Shown: in pieces, positions 12,612-26,491 of the stretch
Position numbering within the stretch: position 1 is the stretch's first letter
Layout: each line of letters starts with the position of its first letter
Origin: Trichoplax adhaerens
Taxonomy: Eukaryota > Animalia > Placozoa
Direction of reading: 5' to 3'
Length of the DNA: 64,000 nucleotides
Assembly (NCBI RefSeq): GCF_000150275.1
Contig: NW_002060947.1
Span: 1,667,576 to 1,731,575, forward strand
The notes under the pieces: generated by a model
Database searches by the model: none
Told to the model about the DNA's origin: nothing
What the model saw: only the letters and a program-made list of their open reading frames with translations
Position numbers and translations under genes: made by a program

Positions 12612-13375
12612 TTCTAAATACATAGTATGATTACATAAAAATGAAGTAATATATTTGAGTGCTATATATTCTTGAACTGGTTCTTATTATACTTGGATGC
12701 ATTAATGGATTATATAGTTCCCAGGCAGTGCTTAACTGTAAACTTGGACGTTACTGATGATTTATTCATGATTAATTGTTAACATCTATGGTCCCTTAAG
12801 CTGTGTGTAGAACACTACTGTTAATGAAGTACACTTCGTTTACATTTTTATCGATATGCAAATAGCTTTTCTAACGTAATTTGATATTTATTCGAAATAG
12901 ATACTCGCATACAAGATAATATACGCGCATTGGTAATATTTTCATGTAAATAGACATTTCGATACTATCGTCACATTTTATTAAAGTATTTATGTTATGT
13001 AAAATAACCTTGCCTTCGTAAAATTGACTTTTTCTTGCTATATAGTCCAATCAAGTAAAATAAATATTAAAATACGATCAGACTAGTTTTACAACATCTG
13101 AAATTGAGCAATTTAAATGATCACTAATACGTAATTATAAATGCTAAGACATCGCTAACTTCCAATGAAGACGATTCTACTTTATACAGGATTGAATAAT
13201 ATGTTAAAGCTAAATACTTACGATAGTATTTTAAAATTAAAAGTCATTCATGATAGAATATTATCGTCCACAATTGTAAATAAATTTTTCTTAACCTATT
13301 AGTTTAATGACTGTCAATTCGGATTTAAACGGAATTCAAAATGTAATATAATTCGATATCTTCTAATCAATTAAA

Positions 13376-16300
13376 TTATTCGTGTTTAGAAGCTTTTATC
13401 GGTTTCATGTAGAATACAATAAATATAGCTGCTGCAACATTAAAAAGAACTGCAACTATACCTGGTAAAAATACATTTATAATTTGTAGAAATCCAACAA
13501 TACTAGGTGACAGCATCCGTCCTAAAGATAGCGTTGATTGCCCAACTCCAATAAGTGCACCATGTTCCTTACCCTTTCCACTGCTAACTAAAATACTAGT
13601 AAAATGAACGCGCGCCAAGTTTGATGAAATGGATAAAGGCAGTAGGCAAAGGCAAAAAACCCATAAACTATCTGAAAAGGTACATCCGAGGATTGCCAAA
13701 CCGACTACAAGATCGCAATGTAATACCGCTTTCACACTGTCACCTTTGTATAAGGCAGATATCTTGCCAACAACAAATCCACTCATTCCGCCTATCACCC
13801 CGTTATAGGATAGTACGTAACCAATTGTTTTAGCATTGGCATGATATCGATCTTCTAAGAAAATGGAGAAACTACCACGAAAAAACATAACCGACATTGC
13901 CATTAGAAATCGAATGGTTAATATACCATAGACTTTACCCCATGGAAGTTTCCAAAGATTATGAAAAATTGCAAGTAAGCCTTGTTGCTCATCTTGTTCA
14001 TCGTCTTGTAGTAACAATTCATCTTTTCCATTTTGGTCAATATTAAGCGTTTCGTCATGGTGAGATTCTTGAGTAGAAAAAAACATATATACAAGCAAAC
14101 TATTGGCAAAAAAAATACTCGACGAAAGTAATGAAACTTTTAAAAAGCCATTGTCAGTCATAGCTAAGTGGCCTCCACACAAGGGACCAACGATAAAGCC
14201 GGCATTAGCGATAGCGTTAAATTTTCCAAATATACCAGGTTGTTCTTTAGGATCGTAGATATCTGAAATGTAGGCTTTAGCCAATGATGAACTATGCTTA
14301 AAAATGCCTAAAGTTGAATAATTGAAATATTTGTCATTATGTCCTTGACGAATATATACCTAATATAGCATAATCTTATAATTTTATTGGGGCATCTCTT
14401 GCAAGTTAACTTTATCTGATATTATTAGCTGCTAGCTAAAATAAGTAAATAAATAATGAATAACTATGCAAGATGAGATAACCTGTAGGAATTCTTGCTA
14501 AAGCCATGAACACTAAAGTATTTGAAAAACCAAGTAACGCATAGCCAACGGAGGTAAATAAAAGGCATATAATTATTACACGCCGTCGTCCTAGTAAATC
14601 GCTAAGATTACCCTACAGACAATATACTTTAATGAGATTGTGAAAATAGTTATCGTTAAGACTAACACAAACATTGCTCAATTATTGATTTTTCAAAAGG
14701 AATTGAATTTTGCATTTGCCACGTGATAATGACGCGTATAAAATAGAGACTTTACAGTGACTTACAACTACTGGGCTGGAAAATAATTGAAGTCCACCAT
14801 ATAAAGATCCTACATTGGTAGAAGTGACATTAAAATTGAGTCCCTTGGCTGCGATTCTGTGCAATACTCATTTTAATAATTTATTGCAACACTATATTGT
14901 ACAAACGCGTATCAAATAAAGTGTCAAATTGATTACAAATTTTGATTACTATTATTTAGTAAAGGTTAATGGCATTTTTAAGTAGCAAAGTTACAATATG
15001 AGATATGAAATAACGTAATTACCGAATACTCCAGCGATTGCAGCATTACCACCCAATTCTCGAATGCGATGTGATACCAATGGTATAATAACACTTACTC
15101 CAAATAAATCCTAGGATTAGACGTTAAAGTCGATTATTGATTACCTGAGTAGAATCAATTCTTCAATAGAAATATCACAACAATAAGTTAGATTTAAAGT
15201 GTAGAACAGGTTCAACATTCTAGTACGAGTATAATAACAGCGTAACAAGTATATCGATTTTCTTCATGATATTGTATGATTGTATTCAACAATCACAAAT
15301 AGCTGGGGCGAGTTATTATTTTCATTCTAGTATACTCTTTGATGATAATCTGTAATATACGATTATAAATATCAATTCGTTTTCTATACTGTTATAAAGA
15401 ATAAGAGCATTATAATAACAACACCATTTTCAATGCCCAAATTGGATCATGCATGGAATTTAGGGAGGTATTATTATTGACCAATGTAGGGTAAAATCAA
15501 ATCTTGACATTGATACTGCTATTATATACAAAGTGTTAGTACAGCGTATGATTTGGACGACAACATGCATCATTTAAGTAGCGTTAAGATTAATAATGTA
15601 CTGGAAAAGAATTCAAATCAGTTGCAGTTAAAGTTCAATATAGTTAGTATTAGCACAGACTACTAGAAAAGAAGCCTTTTTCTAGTAGTCCTTGGTATTC
15701 GTTACGACGGGAACAATTGGATTATATTATCTACAGAGTGCAAGCCAAGATTCCAAGAGTGAAGTAGTACAGAACAGTAGAGTATTTGAGATTAATAATA
15801 ATATACTGGAGAAGAATTAAAGATCGGTTGCGGTCAATGTTCGATATGATTACGATGGTAACAGCTGGATTATATGGTCTTCCGAGCGAATATAATTGCC
15901 AGAATTGATACTGTCACTGTGTTAAGTGAGTGTGTCTAAACATACAGACAGTACTGTACGTATATGATTAGGCAAAAGTATACACATTTACGATTAAATA
16001 TGTGCTGAAAGGGAATTCAGAATCGATTGCATTTGAATGTCTGCGAGATACGATGGCAACAGTCAGGGGAGAGCAAAGCTCGGAAGACTGATTCTAATGA
16101 TTAGACTAGAAATCAATTGATTAGAATCATGACACTTTTAGGTATTGGCAGCTCGCATACTCGTGTACAGTACGCAAGCCAATCACAGCAAGTTTTCCAT
16201 ATTAGTGGAGCTAGACTCTACCGTGCAGAAGAAAATGAATTGAAAATTAGGCACAATTCATAACCAACAAGAGTAAAGTAGTCCAACTAGAAGGTAACTA

Positions 16301-18548
16301 CAGCAAAATTTATACTGTAGACTGTTGAAAATGGCAAAATAGACTGGCATTATTTCTAGTAGGCTACGGTCACATTCGACGAATGTACAACAAGAATCAA
16401 ACAGTAGCAAGATATTAGAAGAGATCGACAGTCAAGCGTAAGCTGCTTCTTTCAAAATGGCTGCAGCTAAAATCTCTCTCTTGAATTATAATGAAGAACA
16501 GTAGATTGATTACGATTGGAATATCAGTTATTAACTATACTCGTATATTAAATCCTTTTCGCAGGATATTAACCATGTCTAAGCCAAAATTCAGTACTTT
16601 AGCGTTTAAAAAGTTGGAGAAAGCCGTAGGAATAGGATGATTCTACAATCATGAAGAAAATCTAGCCATGGATTCAGTTTAGGTTGTGTTTACTACAGTA
16701 TACAGCGCGATTAACTTGGATGGCGTCGAAAATTTAAAGTTGTAATTTGTTCACGTTCCTGTCCCAAATGGATATATATTCTAGGGTTACGTCTACGTAT
16801 AGGATTTTATCTACTTTGGGCTTGATTTAAGTTGCAATTTGTTAATACTCTTGTTCCAAATGGATATGTATTCTTGGGCTACGTCTGCATATAAGATTTT
16901 ATCTACTTTGGGCTTGATTTAAGTTGCAATTAGTTAATACTCTTGTTCCAAATCGATATGTATTCTTGGGCTACGTCTGCATATAAGATTTTATCTACTT
17001 TGGGCTTGATTTAAGTTGCAATTGGTTAATACTCTTGTTCCAAATCGACATGTATTCTGGGCTACGTCTGCATAAAAGATATTATCTACTTTAGGCTTGA
17101 TTTAAGTTGCAATTGGTTAATACTCTCGCTCCAAATCGATATGTATTCTTGGGCTACGTCTGCATATAAGATTTTATCTACTTTGGGCTTGATTTAAGTT
17201 GCAATTGGTTAATACTCTTGTTCCAAATCGACATGTATTCTGGGCTACGTCTGCATAAAAGATATTATCTACTTTAGGCTTGATTTAAGTTGCAATTGGT
17301 TAATACTCTCGCTCCAAATCGATATGTATTCTTGGGCTACGTCTGCATATAAGATTTTACCTACTTTGGGCTTGATTTAAGTTGCAATTGGTTAATACTC
17401 TTGCTCTAAATCGATATGTATTCTAGGGCTACGTCTACGTAAAAGATTTTATCTACTTTAGGCTTGATTGAAGTAGCAATTTGTTAATACTCTTGCTCCA
17501 AATCGATATGTATTCTTGGGCTACGTCTGCATATAAGATTTTATCTACAGTACTTTGGGCTTGATTTAAGTTGCAATTGGTTAATACTCTTGTTTCAAAA
17601 TCGTTATGTATTCTTGGGCTACGTCTACATATACAGTAAGATTTTATCTACAGAACACTTTGGGCTTGATTTGGCCGACATAGTTTATTTATTTTCCTTA
17701 GTGCCAGCGAAGTTAATCCCACTGTATGTACTGGTAAACTATAGAGAGTAGAGTAGAGTACCGTCCATGCAATATTGGACTGCTTGTATAAACAGAGAGT
17801 GCAACGCTTATTTGTCATAACTATGGTATTTCAACTTGAATTGTTATAACAATCTTGTTGATGGCTATTTTATGGGAAATACAAGTCTAGTGTAAGATAC
17901 CAGAAGCGAATGGATCGGATACTGGATAGTCATGAAGGCTAATAGGAAAATACAGACTGAGAATATGGATTGTATTCGTCTACGAATTCTGGTCGGAAAG
18001 CAATGTGTTGGCAGCAATTGACACTGACATGTGTAGACAGCGCAGCATTGCAATCATGCTCGCAACTGATTGGAAATACTGTTGTAACCTATCCTAGAGT
18101 GGCAGAAAGAAGTGAATACTAGTCCATAGCACCACATGTCATGGATATTTTGAATACTGTCAAGGAAATGGTTGCCCAATGAGTTGATGTTTGTCGACAG
18201 TCAGAATTTGATGTTGAGTAAATAGTCATTGCAAGTATTGTCTATAGCCACTTTGCAGGAATGAATGGGATGCCTGTCGCTAGTTAGTATTTCATTAGTA
18301 GGCAACTGGTGATGGTTACAGTAAGCTATTTGTAGAATTAGTCAACGTTTGGTTTACTGGCGGCAGATTGCAATGGATGCAGAGAGTATTTGGTGGTAGA
18401 AAGAAGCCATGAGAAAATACAAAGATAAGTGCTGATACGACTGTCCCACTTAGACAGCACAGTATAGCGTTGTACTCACTAGAAAGCCGATTAGGTAAAG
18501 CCAACGCGTGATGACTTGGCGTTGTTTGTTTGTTATTGGATTGGCCAT
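13376..18548 (-). CDS. MFSD9: Major facilitator superfamily transporter, MFSD9-like. Exons 18548-18480, 15110-15023, 14809-14766, 14612-14483, 14307-13376
   Basis: Spliced product MANPITNKQRQVITRWLYLIGFL-DLFGVSVIIPLVSHRIRELGGNAAIAGVFGSLYGGLQLFSSPVV-GNLSDLLGRRR (MFS motif A)...GIFKHSSSLAKAYISD. All exon phases are consistent and there are multiple TM segments. Confidence 0.88.
16764..17672. repeat. 92-bp tandem minisatellite, ~10 copies, in MFSD9 intron 1
   Basis: Unit ccaaatcgatatgtattcttgggctacgtctgcatataagattttatctactttgggcttgatttaagttgcaattggttaatactcttgtt starts near 16764, 16856, 16948, 17040, 17131, 17223, 17314, 17406, 17498 and 17595. Confidence 0.97.
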
Positions 18549-18837
18549 GTTGGCACTATGCTAAGGGGAACAATTCAAGCTGTCAAGCCAATGGGAAGGC
18601 AGTCCAACTATGTCGTCGCTAATAGACTAAATTCTACCAATGCAATTGAATAATTTTCGATGGCAATCCAAGTCCACTATGGAGAAGAATTGGCCAAGCA
18701 ATGGCGTCGATTAATTGGATTGCCACTTCAATTGCTTGAACCTCAATCAATCGACGACGAGTCTATTACTAGCGACTCCACCCTCGGGGCCAGACTTGCC
18801 ACTGGGTCTGCTGGTGTCGAGTCGATTGGTGCGTCAA

Positions 18838-20190
18838 TACAGTAGGTGTCGATCGCACATGGTTGAGCAGTTTGTGGTACTGTAGTGTGCTGCACTGTAC
18901 ACTGTACTGTACAGTATGAGTACTGTACACTGTACAACACTGTATGCAAAACGACATCTGGACGGATGTCGTGGCCGTCACTTCCAGTACAGTACTGTCT
19001 AGTTGATAGTCATTGGCACACTACAGTACAGTACTGTAGGAAAATAGTACAGTACTGTACAAACGCAATCTGGACGGATATCGTGACCTTTTCTAAATTG
19101 GCGCACTAGTCCAGTACAGAACGTTGAATTTATACAGTTTAATACTGTACACTACGGTACTGGAAGTGAAGGTCACTATATCCGTCCGGACTTGGTTTGG
19201 ACTACCTTACTGTACAATGTACTGTACTGTAGTGTGTACAGTACTGTAAATTAGTATGAACCATACGGTACTCTACTGTACTGTACTGTAGTGTACTGGA
19301 ATTGAGGTCACGATATCCGTCCGGATTTGGTTTGTACTATTTTCCTGCAGTACTGTACAATGTACTGTAGTGTGCAAATTAGTTTGAATCATACTGTACT
19401 GGAAGTAAAGGTCACGATATCCGTCCGGACTTGGCTTGTACTCTTTTCCTACAGTACATACTGTACAGTGTACAGCATATAGTACAGTAGTGCAAATTAG
19501 TATGAAGTTCATACTGTACTATGAACCATACAGTACTATACTGGAAGTGAAGGTCACGATATCCGTCCGGATTTGGTTTGTACTATTTTCCTACAGTACT
19601 GTACAATGTACTGGACAGTACTGGAAGTAAAGGTCACGATATCCGTCCGGACTTGGCTTGTACTCTTTTCCTACAGTACATACTGTACAGTGTACAGCAT
19701 ATAGTACTGTACAGTAGTGCAAATTAGTATGAAGTTCATACTGTACTATGAACCATACAGTACTGTACTGGAAGTGAAGGTCACGATATCCGTCCGGATT
19801 TGGTGAGGAACTGAGTCAGGTCTAACTGAGTGAGTACTATTTTCATACAGTGTACAGACAGTCCCGTACAGTATAAACTCAATGGACTGTACAGTGTACA
19901 GTGTGCAGTACAGTCTTGTACGGTACTAGTGCGCAAATTCAGAAAAGGTCACGATATCCGTCCAGATTTGGTGAGGACTATTTCCATACAGTACAGTACA
20001 GTGTACAGTACAGTCCCGTACAATATAAACTCAATGTACTGTACTGGAGGTACTGTAGACTACAGTACGGTACAGTACGCTCTTTTCCACTACAGTACTG
20101 TACAATGTACAGTACATGTACTGTACTGTAGTGGTCGATGACTCCATGTTGCAAGCGCTCTCCATACGTACCGTACTGTACTGTACTATA
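18838..20190. repeat. Fold-back-like array: 9 copies of a conserved ~30-bp core (aaggtcacgatatccgtccggatttgg) embedded in TACAG/CTGTA-saturated spacers
   Basis: Forward cores at ~19171, 19306, 19410, 19552, 19632, 19779 and 19947. Inverted cores at ~18956-18989 and ~19067-19110. Confidence 0.92.
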
Positions 20191-20417
20191 CGTAACTATA
20201 GGGGACCCAACCGACGGCAGTCGATAGAAACGGTTGGGAACCACACGAGCCGCGTCCTGCAAGTTACCTACTCTACTTGGCACACTAGACGAGGATTTCT
20301 AGGTGCCATTTTGCAACCTTCTACCACTGCAGGAAAAAGAAAACTTGGACAACCAATTCGTCGAAGGAAATCTTGATAACGTCTTCCATTACAACCACAA
20401 TCTCTCGGTAGCCAACC

Positions 20418-23400
20418 ATGGATTCTATCATTGAACAACAACGGGGATATCATGAAGAATTAGAACGCGTCGAAGATGCCATGATTAAAGAAAATCTTCG
20501 TAAAAAGATATCGGTAAGAACTCTTGATGGAGAGAGAGCCAAAGCTTGCTCAATTACATCATAGGATAAGCTTCACTAGCAACAACTTGCAATCAATTCA
20601 CACTTCAATCATGCCTTATCCAGTACATATTGGCTGGTGGTGTATAACCTTGTATACTAAACCACTAGTCATGGACATAGTGAGCAATCATACTCAAAGA
20701 AAATAATTCATCTATTCTTCATTCACTGCTTGCATTGCACTGGCTAGTGGGAAACTCGACGCCTATTCTCATCATCATTTCCTTGACAATATTAGCTTTC
20801 ATGATTGCTTCATCATCTATACAGTAATAAATAAATGCTTACAATGATGCTAACGAGTGGAGAAATGAAATAATACAAGCATTCCTAACACAATTTCAAT
20901 CTAATTCTGCCCATACATATATATATCATCACATGAATGATACTAAATTCAGCTTTTTCTTACCCTATAGTATCGTGATCAAATCAACAGTCAACATTAC
21001 GTCAAGCAATTACTCGAGGTAGGTTGAAAGCAATCTTGCACTGCATTCAAATCTTAGTATAATATGTTAGCGATATTCTACAGCAAGGTAATGCATTGTC
21101 AACGCTAGTCTAGTAGCTACCTATCAATAGGCAAGTTACACTTGCCTCATAAGGGATTAACTACAATGGATTCACAACCTCGGTGTAGACGTACCTCATA
21201 CTCTACAATACTCCTTCGAGTATTACTAAATGATAGACGATATATCTATTAATCTTACAATTCCGTACTAGCTATAAGCTAGCTCATATTATGTTCTTCT
21301 TTCTTGCTAATGATTATTCGTCTATGAAAAACGTATCTGCTAGCGTGCTACGGAAATTAGCGAACTATTGGTGGAATCTTATGAAGATGGAGATGAGTAT
21401 GTTACTTGCACAATCAATTATAGCTGTTCCCATGAGGAATTTCATCAATCACATTGTTATAATTGCTTATATTCTAAAGGTTACGCAAAGAAGAAGTACA
21501 ATCAGTGTCTGGATCCAACGAATTTGCTGAATTTTATCGACGTTATAAATCCTTAAAGGATTACTATGCTCGTTATCCAGCAGACGTAAGTCAACTCGTG
21601 AGACTAAATTGTACATCTACATAATTTTCCATCTTCAACAACATACCAATTTCGTTTCAAAATTCAACCATCTTACCTATGAATAGCAATTCTTACACTG
21701 TATAGTAACTTTGTTATAAATACAAATGTGATAACAATAGTAATCCACACAGAGTAATATCAACACTACTCGTCTTATCAAATATTTCAAATTGAGATTT
21801 TGTAGCTTTTAAATAAATTGAAGTTAATGTAATCTTAGAGTAGCATTCCTATTTATAATAATACTCCACAATAAATCATCAATTCTATATAAACAATGAT
21901 TATGATTTAGATTCAAGAACCTATGCAGTTCGAGTTTCTGAAAATGCAAGAAGCGTTTGAATCTCAATCAGAGGATGTGCAGAGTAAGTATTGAATTTAA
22001 ACTACAAGTACAGTATAGTTCTCTCTGTAGCCTTTGATTCCTAAACCAATATAACATAATAGTAATCTAGTTCATGAAGTAAGTCTTTAGCAGCTGTTCT
22101 TGTAACTATCACAAATCTTAACGGTAAAACCAATAATCTGTTATTAATCTTGACTAATACAGATCTGGTAACTTTTACCGATGAAGAGGGCTATGGAAAG
22201 TACTTGGATCTGCATGAGTGTCATGAAAGATATAATAATCTTAAAGGATTGGAAGTACGGGACTCACTAATTCATAATACTTTCTAATTTATTATTGTTT
22301 CGCAATCTTACTAGTACGACATGGTAAAATTGAAACTGTTCCAACTGTAAATATATTTTTTAATAAGCAATCAACTTATCGCTACTTTCGTCTATTTTGA
22401 ACTTAGCATGTGGACTATTTAACTTATATTACAACCTTTGATCAACTATTTGAAGTACCTAAAGAAAAGAAAAACAATGATTATAAGGAGTAATTATTAA
22501 CTTGAATCTCGTTGGTAAATCATGGATTACAAACATCAATTTATTAATCGCATTAATTCCTCCAGTTATCTAGATTCATTACTCAAGTACTTATTTTCAT
22601 ACCTTGAGCGTATCAAGCCTTTACTTGATCTAGATAAGGTATTATCAACGTTATATCATAAAGTGAATGCCAGCTTGCACGAGATCACATACATCAGCCT
22701 AGTAGTCCTGTTATGTGCGATCCATTTGCGATTATTACGTAAATACAAGTAACTGATTAATTATAATGCGTTTCATTAGGAATATGACACTGCTAAAGAA
22801 GATTTCGAAAATAAATGGTCACTGGGCACATTCCCCGGTTGGCCGGTTAGTAACTTTGTGTTAACCATGCAATGAAAAATGTTATTTTTATATTGAATTG
22901 TGGAATAAAAGTGTTACAAATTATCTGGATATTAGAAAGATGCGGGTAGTGCCCTTTCGCGAACTGGAGCTGCCCTTGATTTATCAGCGTTTTCTTCATC
23001 TGAGGTATAGTATTATGTCTATTTAATACCTAAGTTCGACAGGAAACTATGTAACATTTGACTTAACTGATTCAATTAGGAACTGATGTCCCTTGGATTA
23101 GATAGATTAAAATCGGCGCTTATGGCCTTGGGATTAAAATGCGGAGGGTTAGTTGAAAGATTCCTTGAATTGTGTTTTAGTGATGTATGTATTTTAAATC
23201 GGTTAATATTGTTTTAAAATAGTACTTTGGAGGAGAGAGCTAAGCGTCTTTTTAGTACCAAAGGTGAGTAACAAGAGTGCGAGCTTCTATTTCAGTCAAG
23301 ATATACATACTGTACTTATAACGATAAATGGATGTCTTTTTAGGCAAAACTTTAGATCAGATAGATTCGTCTCTGTTTACTAAAACGAAAACAGGAAAAG

Positions 23401-24702
23401 GGCACCAGTAAGATTAAAATTTATAATTAAAGGACCCTTTGCATTAACACAGCATTATCATACTAATCTGATTATCTTACTGTAGAGAGGGAAGCGATCG
23501 TAATAAGGAAATCGCTGGTTTAGAAGCTCAAATTTATCACACCTCTGAATTACTAGGAGTAGGCATCCTACCAATTTGACCTATCGTATATAGATGTAAT
23601 AGCTAAATTTATTTAAATTGAATTGATTTCTCTTATACTTTTACTTGCATACTAGACACAGAGGTCTCAAACGCGAGAAAATATAGAACGTAAATTGGCA
23701 CGTACTGCGGAAGAGTTAGAGGTACGTGGTGGTAACTGTTTTATAGTCAGTTGTTATTTTGCTTGAAAGGAAAGGAAATCCGATTATAACGTACGTACGG
23801 TATTATATAAACGAATGTTAGGAAGAAGAAGAGGTGGAACAATATAGTGAGTCGGAATCTGATGATGATGGTGAAGAAGGTGTATTGTATAATCCTAAGA
23901 ATCTACCCTTGGGTTGGGATGGCAAGGTGATCTGCCTATGAGATGCTATGTTACATATCTAACTATTAGTATTTGTTAATTATTTGATATTATGTTGTTT
24001 AATATCGCCAATATACTTTGCTTCATTTTATACTGTAGCCTATTCCGTACTGGCTTTACAAATTACACGGGCTCAATATTTATTATGACTGCGAAATTTG
24101 TGGAAATTATTCATATAGAGGACCGAAAGCTTTTCAAAGACATTTTGCGGTAATTTTACTCGATAAGATATGGAAATGTCCGAAGGGGAATTTTTTTAAC
24201 CGCTTTATGTTAACTGATAGGAGTGGCGTCATGCTCATGGAATGCGCTGCTTAGGAATACCCAATACTGCTCACTTTGCAAATGTTACCAAAATTAAAGA
24301 TGCATTATCACGTATGAAATAGTTGATTGTCATTTCTATCGGGCATGTATAATGCCTCTATTACTTTATGACTGTTTAATTTCATTAACCTTTATAAAAC
24401 TATAATTTCCATATGATTCGTTGCCGTTAAAGTAACGCAGTAATTATCGCTTGTTTCGTAGTTTGGGATAAATTGAAAGATTCAAAGACTAAAGAACGGT
24501 TTGATAGCGATGCTGAGGTATTATACGATTCGTACAGTACACGTTGCTTTATCTGCAGCGTTTAAATAGAGACGCTACAATACAACTGTTAGACCTCGAA
24601 CTAAAACTCTTGGGTCAACTTTAGGAGGAATTCGAAGACTCATTCGGAAATGTAGTTAATCGCAAAGTGTACGATGATTTACGAAAGCAGGGCCTTTTGT
24701 AA
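20418..24702 (+). CDS. SF3A3: Splicing factor 3A subunit 3 (SAP61/Prp9), multi-exon
   Basis: Exons translate to [17 protein letters not shown]..., [71 protein letters not shown], the zinc finger [36 protein letters not shown] and the end [11 protein letters not shown]. Confidence 0.97.
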
Positions 24703-26491
24703 TGGAAAAAGGAGGTATATAACTGTAGCGAAAATAAAAACATTTTCTATCTTGTAAATGATTTACGTCCTGGCAGATATATAAAGTCCATGTTTACCAA
24801 ATAAAATCTCCCTTTTTGTTGTTGAAATTGACGTAGCTATTACTGATACCCGTACTACTGTACTAACGTTGTGGTATGCTATCGATTCTTCTAATGTAGG
24901 TCACCTCACAACCTTTATAGGAGTATTAGCTTCATGCAGACCATACTAGAACATTAGAAACCAATTGAAACTAAATATGCGCATGTTTCTTCTTTTCCAT
25001 TAATCGAGCGTGTCACAATTGATGAGAAGGTACCATCCATTTACTTACAAGTGATTTCTCGACCAAAACTAATTTTACCGACTTACTTTGCGAATATAAA
25101 TAGCGTACGTCTTTATTATATTATACGATCTTTATTGCCTTATTTCTAATTAGCTTTTCGATCGAACGTTATCATGTCACTGAACTGTTGTAAATGATGT
25201 GAATGCTAGTACTATAATGCTAGAATTGACAACTTTATAAGTTTCCCACATTATGGCCCTGCCCTGCAGGACATCTTTTTTACATTGTATTGATGATGCG
25301 TTGCTATTTCGTGTAATAATGTATTGTATTGTGTTCCAGACGTAACTAACTTTATTAGGATAAATCTTACTGTACATGTAAACTATTAACCTATGAACGA
25401 TAGCCATCGCGGCTCACCGGAACTGTTCTGTTAGGGTAAATATTAGCACGCGCAAAGAAAATGATGTCTGATCAAAAGCTTATTTTAATTATTTCGATTA
25501 TACTGTGGGAATGATCTTTGCATATCAAACTACCGTAGTGCCCTTACAGTACAATAAAAATCCTCTTACAGATAAGATTGTTTTTGGCGCAAATTTGGCC
25601 AAAATTGAAGAAATTTTGTATTTTCGGATGAGGTAAGTTACAGGGATTGACTTGAGTAATTGAATCTCTATAGTTCAGCACAGTATAATACAGATAGTTT
25701 CCGGTAGTGAAAATGTTGTCATTTCGTAAATTGATAAATTCAATTCTTGACAGTTATTATTAAATATACACCACACATGATATTTGAACTACGGTATTGT
25801 AGTCTTCTGGTGTCACCGATGCTAGCATTTCAAGACAACGCATGAACATGGAGGATAACAATAAAATCTTGAAGTTTTTTTAATGATAAAAATTATTAAT
25901 TTTATCGTTTTATATGTGAATTGCATATCTAAACTTTGATATTGGGCGATATTCAGCCTATGCGTACTACCTGTACCATTGCGAATACCGTAATATTTCT
26001 ATACTGTCATTCATAGACTTACTGTATAATTCTTGCATGAGAATTGAACATGCACTCATCTACTCATCTCTTACTCTCTCTTACAGTAGAAAAAGAACGG
26101 GACACCCAACTACTTTAACTGAGTATAACCAATTCTATAGTACAGCAGTAAATAGAAAGTAATACGTCTCATAGTGTGTACGTAATATCTATAAATGATG
26201 TGAAGATTGGCAAATAAGGGATGAACAGTACTATCCGATTTTCGTACAATTTTGATAGACTTTAATAGTACTTTGGTACTGTTCATACTATGAGAGTATA
26301 AGTTGAAGCTAGGCGATTTTTAATTTATTATACGTATCAATTATTGCCTACTGCTCGTCGTCATTAAATCATAATAGAAAGTCACTCAAAATTGGTTGTC
26401 CAAGGTCAGTAAGTAGTCACTTTTCTACCTAGTGTAGTCATGGAGAAGACATTTATCCTATCAACAGCCATATCGCAATGCGGTTATTGAA

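Noticed and set aside
18950-19970. CRISPR array (conserved ~30-bp repeats with variable spacers)
   Set aside because: The context is eukaryotic with no cas genes. Spacers are 50-140 bp, low-complexity and homologous to each other, and repeats occur in both orientations.
18743-20376. Cluster of short Y/S/T/V/Q/C-rich ORFs
   Set aside because: Translations of the TACAG/CTGTA pentamer repeats, which lack stop codons in most frames.
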